From positions 10,985 through 74,984 of the forward strand of contig SVHY01000004.1 of assembly GCA_015055545.1 (NCBI GenBank): DNA of 64,000 nt, read 5' to 3'. The notes beneath the pieces were generated by a model. That model did no database searches, was not told where the DNA came from, and saw nothing but the letters and a program-made list of their open reading frames with translations. Below, one piece after another: positions 1-9,470 of this stretch (the first letter of the stretch is position 1; the number at the start of each line of letters is the position of its first letter). This DNA is from Clostridiales bacterium (GTDB lineage: Bacteria; Bacillota; Clostridia; Christensenellales; Borkfalkiaceae). The position numbers were made by a program, and so were the translations under genes.

Positions 1-750
1 GAAGCGAATAAATCTCTAATCCGTTATCTCAACGCTTTGGACGTGGATTTTATTGACTATTTGGTAGTTACGCACGCGGATGCGGATCATTGTGGCGGCT
101 TGACGGAAGTGCTCAAATATAAGGAAATCGGGTACGCGTATTTACCGCTTGTAGTCGAAGAAACGGATAGTGCATACGCCGCGTTTTACAGCGAGCTTGT
201 AAAAGAGGGTTGTTCGTATGCAACGGCGCAACCGCCTACGCAGGACAAAAAGGAAACGAGGCTTAGCGTAATAGACGGGGAATATCCGTATACGCTCGTC
301 TTTCTTTATCCAGACAGCGCGCTTATCGACGGGATTCAGCCTTTGCCTGATGACGATAACGCCGCCTCCGTCGTGTTATGGTTGGATTATATGGGTACGA
401 GCCTTCTTTTTACAGGTGACGCGACGTTGGAAACGGAAACGCGACTGTTGATGAACGATTTGGGCGGCGTACACGAATTGTACGACGTGGATATAAAGAG
501 TACGGAAATTTTAAAAGTAGCGCACCACGGCAGCGATTCTTCAACGGGCGAAGAATTTTTGCAGTATTTGGGAAATTTGCAAACGGCGGTGGTGTCGTGC
601 GGGGAAGATAACCCGTATAATCATCCGTCAATTGCCGTATGCGAACGCTTGGAAACGGCTGGCGCAACGCTGTACCGAACGGATCTAGACGGGCATATCG
701 TGATAACCGCCGATAAAGGCGGAACGTATAGCGTAGAAATAATAGATTGA
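1..750 (+). CDS. comEC: ComEC/Rec2-family competence protein, C-terminal metallo-beta-lactamase domain (5' end outside window)
   Basis: The reading frame is open from base 1. The translation has MBL signatures THADADHCGG and KVAHHGS, followed by CGEDNPYNHP, typical of the ComEC C-terminal domain. Confidence 0.75.
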   Translation, partial: EANKSLIRYLNALDVDFIDYLVVTHADADHCGGLTEVLKYKEIGYAYLPLVVEETDSAYAAFYSELVKEGCSYATAQPPTQDKKETRLSVIDGEYPYTLVFLYPDSALIDGIQPLPDDDNAASVVLWLDYMGTSLLFTGDATLETETRLLMNDLGGVHELYDVDIKSTEILKVAHHGSDSSTGEEFLQYLGNLQTAVVSCGEDNPYNHPSIAVCERLETAGATLYRTDLDGHIVITADKGGTYSVEIID

Positions 751-814
751 CGGAAAATTTCACGCTGTTTTCACTCTATTTTACGTGAAAATTTGTTATA
801 ATATAAGCAATACT

Positions 815-2716
815 ATGGAAGCAATCAAGTTTGAACAAGTACATTTTTCCTATCAAGCGGACGAAAAAGACGACGTCTTTTCTACGGACGCCGCTTTTTC
901 GTTGGACGGAATGGATTTTTCCGTGCAGGAAGGGGAATTTGTCGCCGTTCTTGGGCATAACGGCAGCGGAAAATCCACGCTTGCACGCCTTGCGAACGGA
1001 TTGCTTGAACCGACGGCGGGAAAAATTACCGTGTTAGGCTACGATGCGGGTGAACAGAAAAACCTGTTTGAAATCCGTAAACGGGTGGGGATTGTATTCC
1101 AAAACCCCGACAATCAAACGGTCGCGTCTATCGTAGAAGACGATATCGCGTTCGGACCTGAAAATATCGGCGTACCCCGTGAAGAAATCGGTGCGCGTAT
1201 TGATTTTGCGCTCTCGGCGGTGGGTATGGAAAATTATCGCCATTCCACGACGTCGCGCCTTTCGGGCGGACAAAAACAGCGTATTGCGATTGCGGGCGTA
1301 CTCGCTTTAAAACCGCGCGTGATGATTTTGGACGAATCGACGGCAATGCTCGATCCGCGTGGCAGAAAAGAAGTTATGGACGTCGTCCAAAAACTCAATA
1401 AAGAAGAAAAAATAACGGTCATTTTAATTACGCACTTCCCTGAGGAGGCTTTGCTTGCTGATAGAGCGGTGGTTATGCACCGCGGAAAAATCGTCATGGA
1501 AGGCAGACCGGAAGAAGTGCTTAAAAAGGAAGACGAGCTTGCCAAATGTTCACTCGTTTTACCGAAGCCCGTCAAGCTTTGCAGAACGCTTTGCAAAGGC
1601 GGTTTGCCTGTGTCTGACGCGTTTACGGCGGAAGAAGCGGCGGCGCGTATTATTGAAACGTTAGAAGACGAACGCGTGGATTATACGCGTTTGAAAACGG
1701 TAACGAGCCAAGACGAAGAAACGATAGCCGAAAAAGGGGAAACGGGTGGCAAAGGCAGCGTGTACTGTCGCGGATTATCGTTTGTGTATAGCCCGTCCTC
1801 GCCCTTTGCTACGCACGCTTTAAACGGGGTGGATTTGGATATCCACGCGGGCGAGTTTTTCGGAATTATCGGGCATACGGGCAGTGGAAAATCCACGTTC
1901 GTACAACATCTGAACGCGCTTTTAAAACTGCCGACGGCAGAGAAAAAATACAAACCCAAACGCCCCAAACGCGGCAAGCCTATGCCGGCTGCGGCGGCTT
2001 TGAAAGTCAACGGTTTCGACCTTGCCAAAAAGACGACGGATTTTAAACAGCTCCGTCGCCGCGTTGGCATGGTATTTCAATACCCCGAATATCAACTGTT
2101 TGCGGAAACGGTGTTCGACGACGTCGCGTTCGGCTTGAAAAATTTCGTTTCCGATTTAGACGATACGAAAATGGAACAAGCCGTCCGCGAAGCGATTGAA
2201 ACGGTAGGGCTTAATTATGAAGAAGTAAAAAACCGCTCTCCGTTTGAACTTTCGGGTGGTCAAAAACGCCGCGTTGCAATTGCGGGCGTTATCGTTACAA
2301 AACCCGAGATTTTGGTTTTGGACGAACCGGCGGCAGGGCTTGATCCAATGGGTAAGGAAGATATTATGTCGTTGCTTCACGCCATGCATAAAAGCTGGTG
2401 TAAAACGGTGATTATCGTTTCGCACGATATGGACGAAATTGCGGAAAACTGTACGCGTGCGGCGATTTTTTCGGACGGAAAAATTCTTGCCGTCGATGAG
2501 CCGAAGAACCTGTTTAAAACCCGTGCAATTACGGATACGGCGGGTTTAGAAGTACCTTTTACGGCGCGCGTGGTAGAATGTTTGCGCGATTACGGCTTAC
2601 AAATTTCTTGCGATATGACGCTAGAAAATTTGACGGAAAATATCTTAAAAATAGCGGGTAGAGGTGGGGCATGTATGCGTTCAAACACCGTAAACGGGGG
2701 GTGCGACCATGCGTGA
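815..2716 (+). CDS. ecfA: Energy-coupling factor (ECF) transporter ATPase, EcfA1 and EcfA2 fused in one polypeptide
   Basis: One continuous ORF holds two complete ABC modules: Walker A GHNGSGKST and GHTGSGKST, signatures LSGGQKQR and LSGGQKRR, Walker B ILDEST and VLDEPA. ecfT and truA follow. The first ATG at 815 gives the typical MEAIKFEQVHFSY N-terminus. Confidence 0.9.
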   Translation: MEAIKFEQVHFSYQADEKDDVFSTDAAFSLDGMDFSVQEGEFVAVLGHNGSGKSTLARLANGLLEPTAGKITVLGYDAGEQKNLFEIRKRVGIVFQNPDNQTVASIVEDDIAFGPENIGVPREEIGARIDFALSAVGMENYRHSTTSRLSGGQKQRIAIAGVLALKPRVMILDESTAMLDPRGRKEVMDVVQKLNKEEKITVILITHFPEEALLADRAVVMHRGKIVMEGRPEEVLKKEDELAKCSLVLPKPVKLCRTLCKGGLPVSDAFTAEEAAARIIETLEDERVDYTRLKTVTSQDEETIAEKGETGGKGSVYCRGLSFVYSPSSPFATHALNGVDLDIHAGEFFGIIGHTGSGKSTFVQHLNALLKLPTAEKKYKPKRPKRGKPMPAAAALKVNGFDLAKKTTDFKQLRRRVGMVFQYPEYQLFAETVFDDVAFGLKNFVSDLDDTKMEQAVREAIETVGLNYEEVKNRSPFELSGGQKRRVAIAGVIVTKPEILVLDEPAAGLDPMGKEDIMSLLHAMHKSWCKTVIIVSHDMDEIAENCTRAAIFSDGKILAVDEPKNLFKTRAITDTAGLEVPFTARVVECLRDYGLQISCDMTLENLTENILKIAGRGGACMRSNTVNGGCDHA

Positions 2717-3521
2717 CGTTTCCTTTGGACAATACTATCCCGCAAATTCGTTTGTGCATAAATGCGATCCGCGCACGAAACTTTTGTTTTTAATCGTGTA
2801 CATCGTTGCCGTGTTCTTGGCGAAGAATTTCTACGCGCTCGGCGCGTGCGCGCTCGTATTTTTAGCGGTAGCCGCTTTTTCAAGCGTACCTATCAAGAGC
2901 TTGCTCAAATCAGTGAAAGCGGTATTATTTTTGTTGCTGTTCACGGCAGTTTTGAACCTGTTTTTCTATAACGGTGGCGACGTGCTTTGGCAATGGAAAT
3001 TTATCAAGATTACGGACAAAGCCGTGTATTTCACGATATTCTTGGCGGCGAGATTGTTCCTGCTTGTATTAAGTTCCGCGCTGTTGACGCTCACGACCAC
3101 GCCGATAGCGCTTACGGACGGCATTGAAAGCTTGCTTTTGCCGCTCAAATGGATGCGCTTTCCCGTACACGAACTTGCGCTCATTATGTCGATAGCACTC
3201 CGTTTTATTCCCATTTTAACGGACGAAACGGGCAGGATTATGAACGCGCAAAAAGCGCGCGGCGCGGATTTTGAATCGGGTGGACTGTTCAAGCGCGTAA
3301 AGGCGATTATTCCCATTTTAATTCCATTGCTTATCAGCGCGTTTAGGCGTGCGGACGAATTGGGCGATGCAATGGACGCACGTTGTTATTCGGGTAGTAA
3401 AGTGCGGACGAAATATAAAAAACTCAAATACGGTTGGCGGGATTTGTTGGGGCTGCTTGTACTTGGTGCGCTCCTTGCAGGCATGATTATGTTGCGACTG
3501 CATACGCCCGCCGTGATATAG
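2709..3521 (+). CDS. ecfT: ECF transporter transmembrane (T) component
   Basis: A 270-aa polytopic membrane protein that overlaps the ecfA stop by 8 nt. It has CbiQ/EcfT-like Ala-Arg-Gly coupling motifs (NAQKARGAD, FRRADELGDAMDARC) and the canonical position between ecfA and truA. Confidence 0.9.
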   Translation: MRDVSFGQYYPANSFVHKCDPRTKLLFLIVYIVAVFLAKNFYALGACALVFLAVAAFSSVPIKSLLKSVKAVLFLLLFTAVLNLFFYNGGDVLWQWKFIKITDKAVYFTIFLAARLFLLVLSSALLTLTTTPIALTDGIESLLLPLKWMRFPVHELALIMSIALRFIPILTDETGRIMNAQKARGADFESGGLFKRVKAIIPILIPLLISAFRRADELGDAMDARCYSGSKVRTKYKKLKYGWRDLLGLLVLGALLAGMIMLRLHTPAVI

Positions 3522-3528
3522 GTTGTCT

Positions 3529-4281
3529 ATGCGTTACGTGATGAAAATTGCCTACGATGGCACGAACTATGCGGGCTGGCAACGCCAAAAAAACGCCGTA
3601 TCTATCCAAGAAAAAGCGGAACTTGCCGTCTTAGACGCGCTTGGCGTAAAAGTGAATATAACGGCAAGCGGTAGAACGGACGCGGGGGTGCACGCGGCAG
3701 GACAGGTATGTCAATTCGACGCGGATTTAACCGTACCGCCCGAAAAAATGCCCGATTGCTTAAACCGTTATTTGCCAGAAGATATTCGTATCGTAGACGG
3801 TTGGCAGGGCGCGGACGACTTTGATTGCAACCGTAGCGCAAAGCGTAAGACGTATTGTTATTCGTTGTACGTTTCAGGGCGCGATATGCCGCTCAAAGAC
3901 CGTTATGCAACGCGCGTGGAAAATGCGCCGAGCTTGGAAATCTTACAGGCGGCGGCAAAGCTTTTTGAGGGCGAACACGATTTCAAAGCGTTTTGTGCAA
4001 GCGGTTCGTCTGTTAAAACGACGGTGCGGACGGTGTATGAGGTGCGCGTGGAGGAATCGCAAAGCTATCACAGTCGCGATTTGAAAATATACGTGACCGG
4101 CAACGGATTTTTGTATAATATGGTACGAACGCTCGTGGGGGAACTGCTCGATATTGCGTCGAACAGAAAGACACAAGAAAGTTTAAAACAAGCGTTTGCG
4201 AGCGGCAAACGGGAACTGTTGGGCAAAACCATGCCCGCAAAAGGACTTACGCTCGTAGACGTGTGCTACGAAGAAAAATAA
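3529..4281 (+). CDS. truA: tRNA pseudouridine(38-40) synthase TruA
   Basis: Motifs IAYDGTNYAGWQRQ and the catalytic GRTDAGVHA are present. The start is ambiguous among TTG 3523, ATG 3529 and ATG 3541. Confidence 0.9.
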   Translation: MRYVMKIAYDGTNYAGWQRQKNAVSIQEKAELAVLDALGVKVNITASGRTDAGVHAAGQVCQFDADLTVPPEKMPDCLNRYLPEDIRIVDGWQGADDFDCNRSAKRKTYCYSLYVSGRDMPLKDRYATRVENAPSLEILQAAAKLFEGEHDFKAFCASGSSVKTTVRTVYEVRVEESQSYHSRDLKIYVTGNGFLYNMVRTLVGELLDIASNRKTQESLKQAFASGKRELLGKTMPAKGLTLVDVCYEEK

Positions 4282-4292
4282 AAGGGTGAATT

Positions 4293-5186
4293 ATGGAACT
4301 GTATTCGGTATTTTCAACGGTAATGCCATTGCTAATGGGGTTTGGCGCGAAGGCGACGGGTAGTACGCTCGTTATGGGCTTAATCGTCGGTGGCATCGTA
4401 TGGCTGGCGTTATTTATTTTCGGCGCGTTCGGTGTATTCCGTATGGCAAAAAGAATGGGGTTAAAGCGCAAATGGTTGGCGTTTTTTCCTATCATCAATC
4501 TCGTATACGTGGGCAAAATAGCGGGCGAATTTCACGTTTTCGGACAAAAAATGAAACGTTGCGGTTTGTACGCGATGATAGCGCAAATTTTTACGACGGC
4601 GCTTTGTGCGTGCTTGCTCGTTTCGCAAATATATCTCTATTTCGTGGAAGGCGCGCCCGTATACGATGCGGAAATAGGCGAAAGCATTTGGCATAATCTT
4701 TCGGGGCTTTCGTTGAAAATGTATAAATTTTACGAGCTTTCGTATACGCTGTTCTATTTTGTAGAACTGATTTATCAAATTTTGCTTATTCTGCTTTTGA
4801 ACGGTTTGTATAGAAAATACGCGCCGAGAAATTATTTCATTTTCTTGATTTTGGCGTTCTTGATTCCGCCTGCGCGTTATATCGTTACGTTTGCGCTCAG
4901 CGGCAAAAAACCGATTGATTACGAAGCGTATATGCGCGCTAGGCGAGAGGCGTATATCCGTCAGCAACAACAATACTACGGTGGCGGATACGGTTCGCCG
5001 TATAACCGTCCTTACGGTAATCCCAACGGTACGCCGTATAATAATCCCTATAATCAGCCGCCCCGTCCACAAGAACCCGAAGAACCGTTTTCGGAGTTTG
5101 GCGGTAAAAAACAGGGCGATCCGTTTGAAGAATTTGAGGATAAGAAACCGCACGATACGAACAACCCCGACGAGTTTTTTGATTAA
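4293..5186 (+). CDS. Hypothetical polytopic membrane protein with a low-complexity Pro/Tyr/Asn/Gly-rich acidic C-terminal tail
   Basis: SD AAGGGTG lies upstream of the ATG. There are several hydrophobic segments and the tail YYGGGYGSPYNRPYGNPNGTPYNNPYNQPPRPQEPEEPF. A strong terminator follows. I do not recognise a family. Confidence 0.6.
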   Translation: MELYSVFSTVMPLLMGFGAKATGSTLVMGLIVGGIVWLALFIFGAFGVFRMAKRMGLKRKWLAFFPIINLVYVGKIAGEFHVFGQKMKRCGLYAMIAQIFTTALCACLLVSQIYLYFVEGAPVYDAEIGESIWHNLSGLSLKMYKFYELSYTLFYFVELIYQILLILLLNGLYRKYAPRNYFIFLILAFLIPPARYIVTFALSGKKPIDYEAYMRARREAYIRQQQQYYGGGYGSPYNRPYGNPNGTPYNNPYNQPPRPQEPEEPFSEFGGKKQGDPFEEFEDKKPHDTNNPDEFFD

Positions 5187-5200
5187 AAATGTATAACGTA

Positions 5201-5230
5201 AGACGGAAATATAATTTCCGTCTTTTTTTT
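5201..5230 (+). terminator. Rho-independent terminator
   Basis: AGACGGAAAT-ATA-ATTTCCGTCT hairpin followed by a T7 run. Confidence 0.85.
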
Positions 5231-5323
5231 CGCCGTAAACCGCGCAAAACGGTTTACACCTTGGCTCGGTTATGATATAATAGATATAAACGTAGGTTAT
5301 AGATAAAAAAGGACGGGAGTGGC

Positions 5324-6664
5324 ATGAAAGAAGAGAACATAGCGGCAATAGCAACGCCTTCGGGAAAGGGCGGCGTGGCGATTATCCGTATCAGTGGTAA
5401 AAATCCGCTTTCTATTGCGGAAAAGATGTTCACGCCCGTAAACGGCGTAAAGGTAAGCGAGTTCGAGCCGTATCGTATGTACCCCGGGAAAATTAACGGC
5501 GGGAATTTTACGGATTTTGGGCTTTGCGTATATTTTAAAGCACCCGCGAGTTATACGGGCGAAGATATCGTTGAGTTTCAATGCCACGGCGGGGAAACGA
5601 TAGCGCGGGGAATTTTGTCGCAAACGTTTAAACACGGCGCGCGTAGCGCAACCCGCGGCGAATTTACGCGCAGGGCGTTTTTAAACGGTAAGCTTTCTCT
5701 TGCGTCGGTGGAAGGCGTTGCGGATATGATCAACGGCGAATCGGAAGCGGAAGTAAAAGCGGGATATCTTTTATACAGCGAAAAACTGACGAAAAAAGTG
5801 GTTGATTTACAATCGGAGCTTAAAACCTGTCTTGCAGGTATTGACGTTTCGGTCGATTACCCCGAAGAAGATATAGAAGAACAGCATATTTCCGAGCTGA
5901 AAATTACGCTGGAAAGCTTGCGTGATAAATTGTCCGTTTTGCTTACGGGCTATGCGACGGGAAAGAAGATAAAATCGGGTGTAACGGTTGCGATTTGCGG
6001 CAAACCGAACACGGGAAAAAGCTCGCTACTCAATACCTTACTCGGTTATGAGAAAGCGATTGTTTCGGGAATTGCGGGTACGACGCGCGACGCGGTAGAA
6101 GGCGTTTTGGAGATTGACGGGCGTAAGTTCAATCTATACGATACGGCGGGCGTTCGTGAAAGCGGCGATATGATAGAAACGATAGGAATTGAACGGGCGC
6201 AGGCGATTATCCGTTCGGCGGATATAGCCGTATTCGTCGTTGATTTTACGATGGGCGTAGACGAAGAAGACGCACGCGTTTTACAGCTTCTGAAAGGAAA
6301 GCCGATTATCAAGGTCGTCAACAAAGCGGATATTTTGAAGGACGAAACGGATTCGGATGCGGACGTGTACACTTCCGCGCTTACGGGTGAGGGGATTGAA
6401 AAACTTAAACGGCTATTATATGAAAAGAGTTTTGGCGATCGCAGCGAAGATGCGGCGTTTTTAATCGAAAAACGGCATTTCGACGCGCTTACCCGCGCGA
6501 AAGAATCGCTACTTCGCGCCATACTTGCTTGCGGTGCGCAGCCACTCGATATTATCGGTATCGACGTAAAAGCGGCTTGGGACGCGCTTGGGGAAATTAC
6601 GGGCGAAACGGCGACGGAAGCGATTATCGAAGAAATCTTTTCTAAATTTTGCGTAGGAAAGTAA
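5324..6664 (+). CDS. mnmE: tRNA modification GTPase MnmE (TrmE)
   Basis: N-terminal IAAIATPSGKGGVAIIRISG, G-domain GKPNTGKSSLLN and DTAG, and the C-terminal FCVGK motif. Confidence 0.95.
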   Translation: MKEENIAAIATPSGKGGVAIIRISGKNPLSIAEKMFTPVNGVKVSEFEPYRMYPGKINGGNFTDFGLCVYFKAPASYTGEDIVEFQCHGGETIARGILSQTFKHGARSATRGEFTRRAFLNGKLSLASVEGVADMINGESEAEVKAGYLLYSEKLTKKVVDLQSELKTCLAGIDVSVDYPEEDIEEQHISELKITLESLRDKLSVLLTGYATGKKIKSGVTVAICGKPNTGKSSLLNTLLGYEKAIVSGIAGTTRDAVEGVLEIDGRKFNLYDTAGVRESGDMIETIGIERAQAIIRSADIAVFVVDFTMGVDEEDARVLQLLKGKPIIKVVNKADILKDETDSDADVYTSALTGEGIEKLKRLLYEKSFGDRSEDAAFLIEKRHFDALTRAKESLLRAILACGAQPLDIIGIDVKAAWDALGEITGETATEAIIEEIFSKFCVGK

Positions 6665-6676
6665 GGGGAAATCGTT

Positions 6677-7570
6677 ATGGTGAATTTAGATTTATACAGG
6701 GTTTTTTATACGGTGGCAAAGAGCGGGAGTTTGACCAAAGCTGCGGAAGAATTATACATTTCCCAGCCCGCCGTTTCCCGTTCGATTAAACAACTGGAAA
6801 CGCAGCTCGGGGTAACGCTGTTCACGCGTACGCATAGGGGTATGGTCTTGTCCGCACAGGGCGGAAAAGTGATTTTTTCGCGGGTGGAACAGGCTTTAAG
6901 TCTTTTAAACGAAGCGGAAAACCGTATCGAAGAAATGCAAAATAGCGCGTCGGGTACGATTAGAATCGGCGCAAGCGATAGCATTTTTGAATACTTCCTT
7001 GCGGATAAAATCGTGGAGTTTCACGAAAAATTTCCCGCGGTCAAAATCGAGTTGGCGGCGGACGTTACGCCCGATACGATAGCCAAACTCAAATCGGATA
7101 AATGCGACGTAGCGTTCGTGAATCTGCCGATTGAGGCGGATGCGGAACTCAAATTATACGGAAATTGTATGCGTTTAAACGACGTGTTCGTGACGAGTGA
7201 AAAATACAAAGAACTTGCAAGCGGGACGTTGCCGTTTGCGGCGCTCAAAAACTATCCGCTGATTATGATGGAACACAACACCATTGCTCGCCGTGCGCTA
7301 GATAATTTCATGGGCTCGTTAGGCGTGAAATTGCAACCGTCGATTGAAGTGGGCAGCTGGGATTTAATGAAACGACTCGTTTCTCGCGGCATGGGTATCG
7401 GTGTGATTCCCCGCGAATACGCAAAATCGTGTATTGCGGACGGAACGCTTTACGAGATAAAAACCGACCCTGTTTTGCCCGTACGCTCGGTGGGTATGCT
7501 CTTGAAAAAGAACGCGCCCGTTTCGTATGCGTTGCATTGTTTTATGGAAAACTTTATCAAAGAAGACTGA
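6677..7570 (+). CDS. LysR-family transcriptional regulator
   Basis: N-terminal wHTH SLTKAAEELYISQPAVSRSIKQLE plus a roughly 200-aa substrate-binding-like domain. Confidence 0.9.
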   Translation: MVNLDLYRVFYTVAKSGSLTKAAEELYISQPAVSRSIKQLETQLGVTLFTRTHRGMVLSAQGGKVIFSRVEQALSLLNEAENRIEEMQNSASGTIRIGASDSIFEYFLADKIVEFHEKFPAVKIELAADVTPDTIAKLKSDKCDVAFVNLPIEADAELKLYGNCMRLNDVFVTSEKYKELASGTLPFAALKNYPLIMMEHNTIARRALDNFMGSLGVKLQPSIEVGSWDLMKRLVSRGMGIGVIPREYAKSCIADGTLYEIKTDPVLPVRSVGMLLKKNAPVSYALHCFMENFIKED

Positions 7571-7592
7571 AAAAAGAATATAAGGAAAATTT

Positions 7593-9401
7593 ATGGCAAA
7601 ACCCAATCCGCTTTTAAGAAATTTTTGTATCATCGCGCATATCGACCACGGAAAAAGCACCCTTGCCGACCGTCTAATGGAACGCACGGGGCAGGTTTCG
7701 TCGCGCGATATGGAAGAACAACTGCTCGATAGCATGGATATCGAACGGGAACGTGGGATTACGATTAAGCTCACGCCCGTTAGAATGTACTACAAGGCAA
7801 AGGACGGGCAGGAATACGAGTTTAACTTAATCGATACGCCGGGGCACGTGGACTTTACTTACGAAGTCAGCCGTTCGTTGGCGGCGTGCGAGGGCGCGAT
7901 TTTGGTAGTGGACGCTACGCAGGGCGTAGAAGCGCAAACGCTTGCCAACGTGTATTTGGCGCTCGAAAACGGCTTGGAAATTTTGCCCGTTATCAATAAA
8001 ATCGATTTGCCCAGCGCGCGTATTGACGACGCGAAAAAGGAAATAGAAGAAGTCATCGGTTTGGACGCGTCGGGCGTACCTTGCGTTTCGGCGAAAGAAG
8101 GTACGAATATCGAAGATTTGTTGGAGGCGGTTACGCAATATTTTCCCGCTCCCGACGGCGACACGGACGAACCGTTAAAAGCGCTTATATTCGACAGTTA
8201 TTACGACAATTACAAAGGCGTTATCCTGTTCGTTCGTATCAAGGACGGTACGGTAAAAGTAGGTGATAAAATCAAAACGTTTTTATCGCCCACCGTCTAC
8301 GACGTAACGGAAGTGGGTGCGTTCGCTCCTAACCCCACCCCCAAGGATATTTTAAAAGCAGGTGAAGTAGGGTATATAGCGGCGTCTATCAAATCCATTC
8401 AAGACGTAGCCGTCGGCGATACGGTAACAAGCGCGTTGCGTCCTGCGAAAGAACCGCTCCCTGGGTATAAAAAAGTCCAACCCGTCGTCTTTTGTGGTAT
8501 TTATCCGCTTGATGGCAGTAAGTTCAACGACTTAAAAGAAGCCATTTTGAAATTACAGCTCAACGACGCGTCGCTCATATTTGAACCCGACAATTCCGTT
8601 GCGCTCGGGTTTGGTTTCCGATGCGGGTTCTTGGGGCTTTTGCATATGGAAATCATTCAAGAACGTATCGAGCGCGAGTTTAATTTGGACATCATCACCA
8701 CCGCGCCGAGCGTTAGTTATTTGGTGCATAAAACGGACGGCACGGAATTTTTCGTGGACAATCCTACCCACTTGCCCGACCCGTCCGATATCGAATATAT
8801 GGAAGAACCGATTGTAAAAGCGGAAGTATACACGCCACCCGATTATATGGGTTCTATCATGGATTTGTGTAAGGAAAAACGCGGCGTGTTCAAGAATATG
8901 ACGTACGTGGACGAACGGCGCGTGAAACTGGAATACACACTTCCGCTCAACGAGATCGTATACGACTTTTTCGACGGTTTGAAATCGCGAACGAAGGGAT
9001 ATGCAAGCTTCGATTACGAGCTTGCGGGGTATCAGCGTTCCAAGCTTGTGAAGTTGGATATTTTACTCAACGGCGAGATTTGCGACGCGCTTTCTACCAT
9101 CGTGTTTGAAGACCGCGCTTACGAGCGGGGCAGAACGCTTTGCGAAAATTTAAAAGACGCGATTCCCCGTCAACTGTTTGAAATTCCCGTACAGGCGGCG
9201 GTGGGTGGAAAAATCATCGCGCGTGAAACGGTGAAAGCCGTTCGCAAAGACGTTTTGGCGAAGTGCTACGGCGGCGACATTACGCGTAAAAGAAAACTCC
9301 TCGAAAAACAGAAAGAGGGGAAAAAACGTATGCGTAAAGTGGGCAGCGTAGACGTGCCGAGCGAAGTATTTATGGAAATACTCAAAACCAACAAAGATTA
9401 A
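7593..9401 (+). CDS. lepA: Translation elongation factor 4 (LepA)
   Basis: [26 protein letters not shown] and NKIDL G-motifs, with the characteristic LepA C-terminus ([23 protein letters not shown]). Confidence 0.97.
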   Translation: MAKPNPLLRNFCIIAHIDHGKSTLADRLMERTGQVSSRDMEEQLLDSMDIERERGITIKLTPVRMYYKAKDGQEYEFNLIDTPGHVDFTYEVSRSLAACEGAILVVDATQGVEAQTLANVYLALENGLEILPVINKIDLPSARIDDAKKEIEEVIGLDASGVPCVSAKEGTNIEDLLEAVTQYFPAPDGDTDEPLKALIFDSYYDNYKGVILFVRIKDGTVKVGDKIKTFLSPTVYDVTEVGAFAPNPTPKDILKAGEVGYIAASIKSIQDVAVGDTVTSALRPAKEPLPGYKKVQPVVFCGIYPLDGSKFNDLKEAILKLQLNDASLIFEPDNSVALGFGFRCGFLGLLHMEIIQERIEREFNLDIITTAPSVSYLVHKTDGTEFFVDNPTHLPDPSDIEYMEEPIVKAEVYTPPDYMGSIMDLCKEKRGVFKNMTYVDERRVKLEYTLPLNEIVYDFFDGLKSRTKGYASFDYELAGYQRSKLVKLDILLNGEICDALSTIVFEDRAYERGRTLCENLKDAIPRQLFEIPVQAAVGGKIIARETVKAVRKDVLAKCYGGDITRKRKLLEKQKEGKKRMRKVGSVDVPSEVFMEILKTNKD

Positions 9402-9470
9402 AACAACGTATATATTTTCGTATTTATAACCTTTTAGAAAAATCAGAACCTAAAAAAAGAGAGAAAAGCC

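Noticed and set aside
785-814. GTG 785 as the start of ecfA
   Set aside because: It lies upstream of, or within, the TGTTATAAT box and has no SD. ATG 815 yields the typical EcfA N-terminus. The true start remains unverified.
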